Shown here: one piece after another, positions 5,991 through 6,692 of the stretch
Layout of the letters: every line of letters starts with the position of its first letter
How positions within the stretch are numbered: the stretch's first letter is position 1
NCBI GenBank assembly: GCA_905250055.1
Contig: CAJNOF010000081.1
Location: forward strand, 61,301 to 67,992
DNA length: 6,692 bases
Direction of reading: 5' to 3'
Source: Rotaria sp.
Taxonomy: Eukaryota
Made by a program: the position numbers and the translations under genes
The notes under the pieces: generated by a model
The model's database searches: none
Told to the model about the DNA's origin: nothing
Seen by the model: the letters and a program-made list of their open reading frames with translations, nothing else

Positions 5991-6405
5991 TCCAAATCTG
6001 CACTTTCCCCCTTGGAACATGAGGGCCTAAGGAAGAATAAGAAGAATACCCCTGACTTTTGGCTACCTTTCAGTATGGGGTACTGTCCAAGGACAGTTTC
6101 GAAGGCCGGATATTTTTCCTGCAACTAGTACTAGTTACAGTTCTGGGCAGAAGGCCGGCCTGACTCAGAGTTCTTCTCGCTTAATCGCTTAAGCTCCCCT
6201 TACATGCTGACTAACCACATACGAGTTATAAAGGCTTTTTGTGTATGTCGACAATGTAATCAGTATGTTATCGGATGCATGGTCCGAGACACTACAACCG
6301 TTAGTGACTTGGCTAAGGTCATTCTATGTATGATGGTGCCGAAGTTCGAACACACTATCTTGTGGATATGAGTCGAACATCGAAACTATTCAGCCACAGC
6401 GGCTC

Positions 6406-6692
6406 GGACCTAAGGGTACTCGTATAATATAGTACTTAAGGACCTGAAGGTGTCCCCATAATATAGGACATGAGGAACTAAGGGTACCCCCATAATAGAG
6501 GACTGGAGACCCAAGCATACCCTCATAAAATAGAAGATGAGAACCCAAGGGTACCCCCATGATATAGGACTTAAGGACCCAAGGGTACCCCCATAATATA
6601 GGACTGGAGGACCTAAGGGTACCCCTATAATATAGGACTTGAGGGCCCACGGGTACCCCCATAATATAGGACTTGAGGACCTAAGGGTATCT
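6406..6692 (-). repeat. 34-bp array in reverse-complement orientation, block 2, running off the window end
   Basis: GGACCTAAGGGTACTCGTATAATATAGTACTTAAGGACCTGAAGG... repeated at 34 bp to 6692. Confidence 0.93.

Larger units (their letters stand above)
2254..6014. mobile_element. Composite non-autonomous hAT-like/foldback element (~3.76 kb) with nested insertions
   Basis: Terminal CAAGGGGGAAAGTGCAG (2254-2270) is the exact reverse complement of CTGCACTTTCCCCCTTG (5998-6014). Flanks GGACATGA (2246-2253) and GAACATGA (6015-6022) match 7/8. Joining 2253 to 6023 restores a reverse monomer (CCCACATAATACAGGACATGAGGGCCTAAGG). No transposase ORF is present. Confidence 0.75.

Noticed and set aside
3290-6014. 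Alternative call: a complete independent element bounded by 3290 and 6014
   Set aside because: The inner left flank (ending ...TTTTTCCC) does not match the right flank GAACATGA, whereas the outer left flank GGACATGA does. Kept only as an unresolved second terminus.
6290-6360. Possible tRNA/SINE Pol III promoter (TGGCTAAGG and GTTCGAA-like boxes)
   Set aside because: Box spacing and sequences do not fit a convincing A/B box pair, and I could not fold a cloverleaf.

Overview
The window looks like non-coding, repeat-dense DNA of eukaryotic type. I found no credible protein-coding gene or RNA gene. The listed ORFs are translations of tandem repeats or transposon-derived palindromes. Architecture: (1) a 33-bp, internally palindromic GTTAC-type minisatellite (~251-476). 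(2) A long forward array of a 34-bp monomer, approx GGTACCCTTAGGTCCTCAAGTCCTATATTATGGG (~552-2083), with higher-order repeats of 374 bp (11 monomers) and 204 bp (6 monomers). (3) A head-to-head inversion near 2081-2130, after which the same monomer runs in reverse complement (2131-2253, a few bases after 6015, and ~6406-6692). (4) A ~3.76 kb composite, non-autonomous, foldback/hAT-like mobile element (2254-6014) inserted in that reverse array. It has a perfect 17-bp TIR (CAAGGGGGAAAGTGCAG) and a 7/8 target-site duplication (GGACATGA / GAACATGA). It carries its own diverged 34-bp minisatellite in both arms, in opposite orientations. It hosts or contains several further palindromic elements: a 332-bp foldback MITE with a CTCAG repeat (3462-3793), a 243-bp hAT-like MITE (3804-4046), a ~420-bp imperfect palindrome (4429-4846), and a 228-bp hAT-like MITE (4913-5140). 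The main result is this matryoshka of nested inverted repeats, and the fact that a mobile element carries a satellite of the same family as the array it sits in. All alignments were made by eye. Family assignments rest on TIR/TSD form only.
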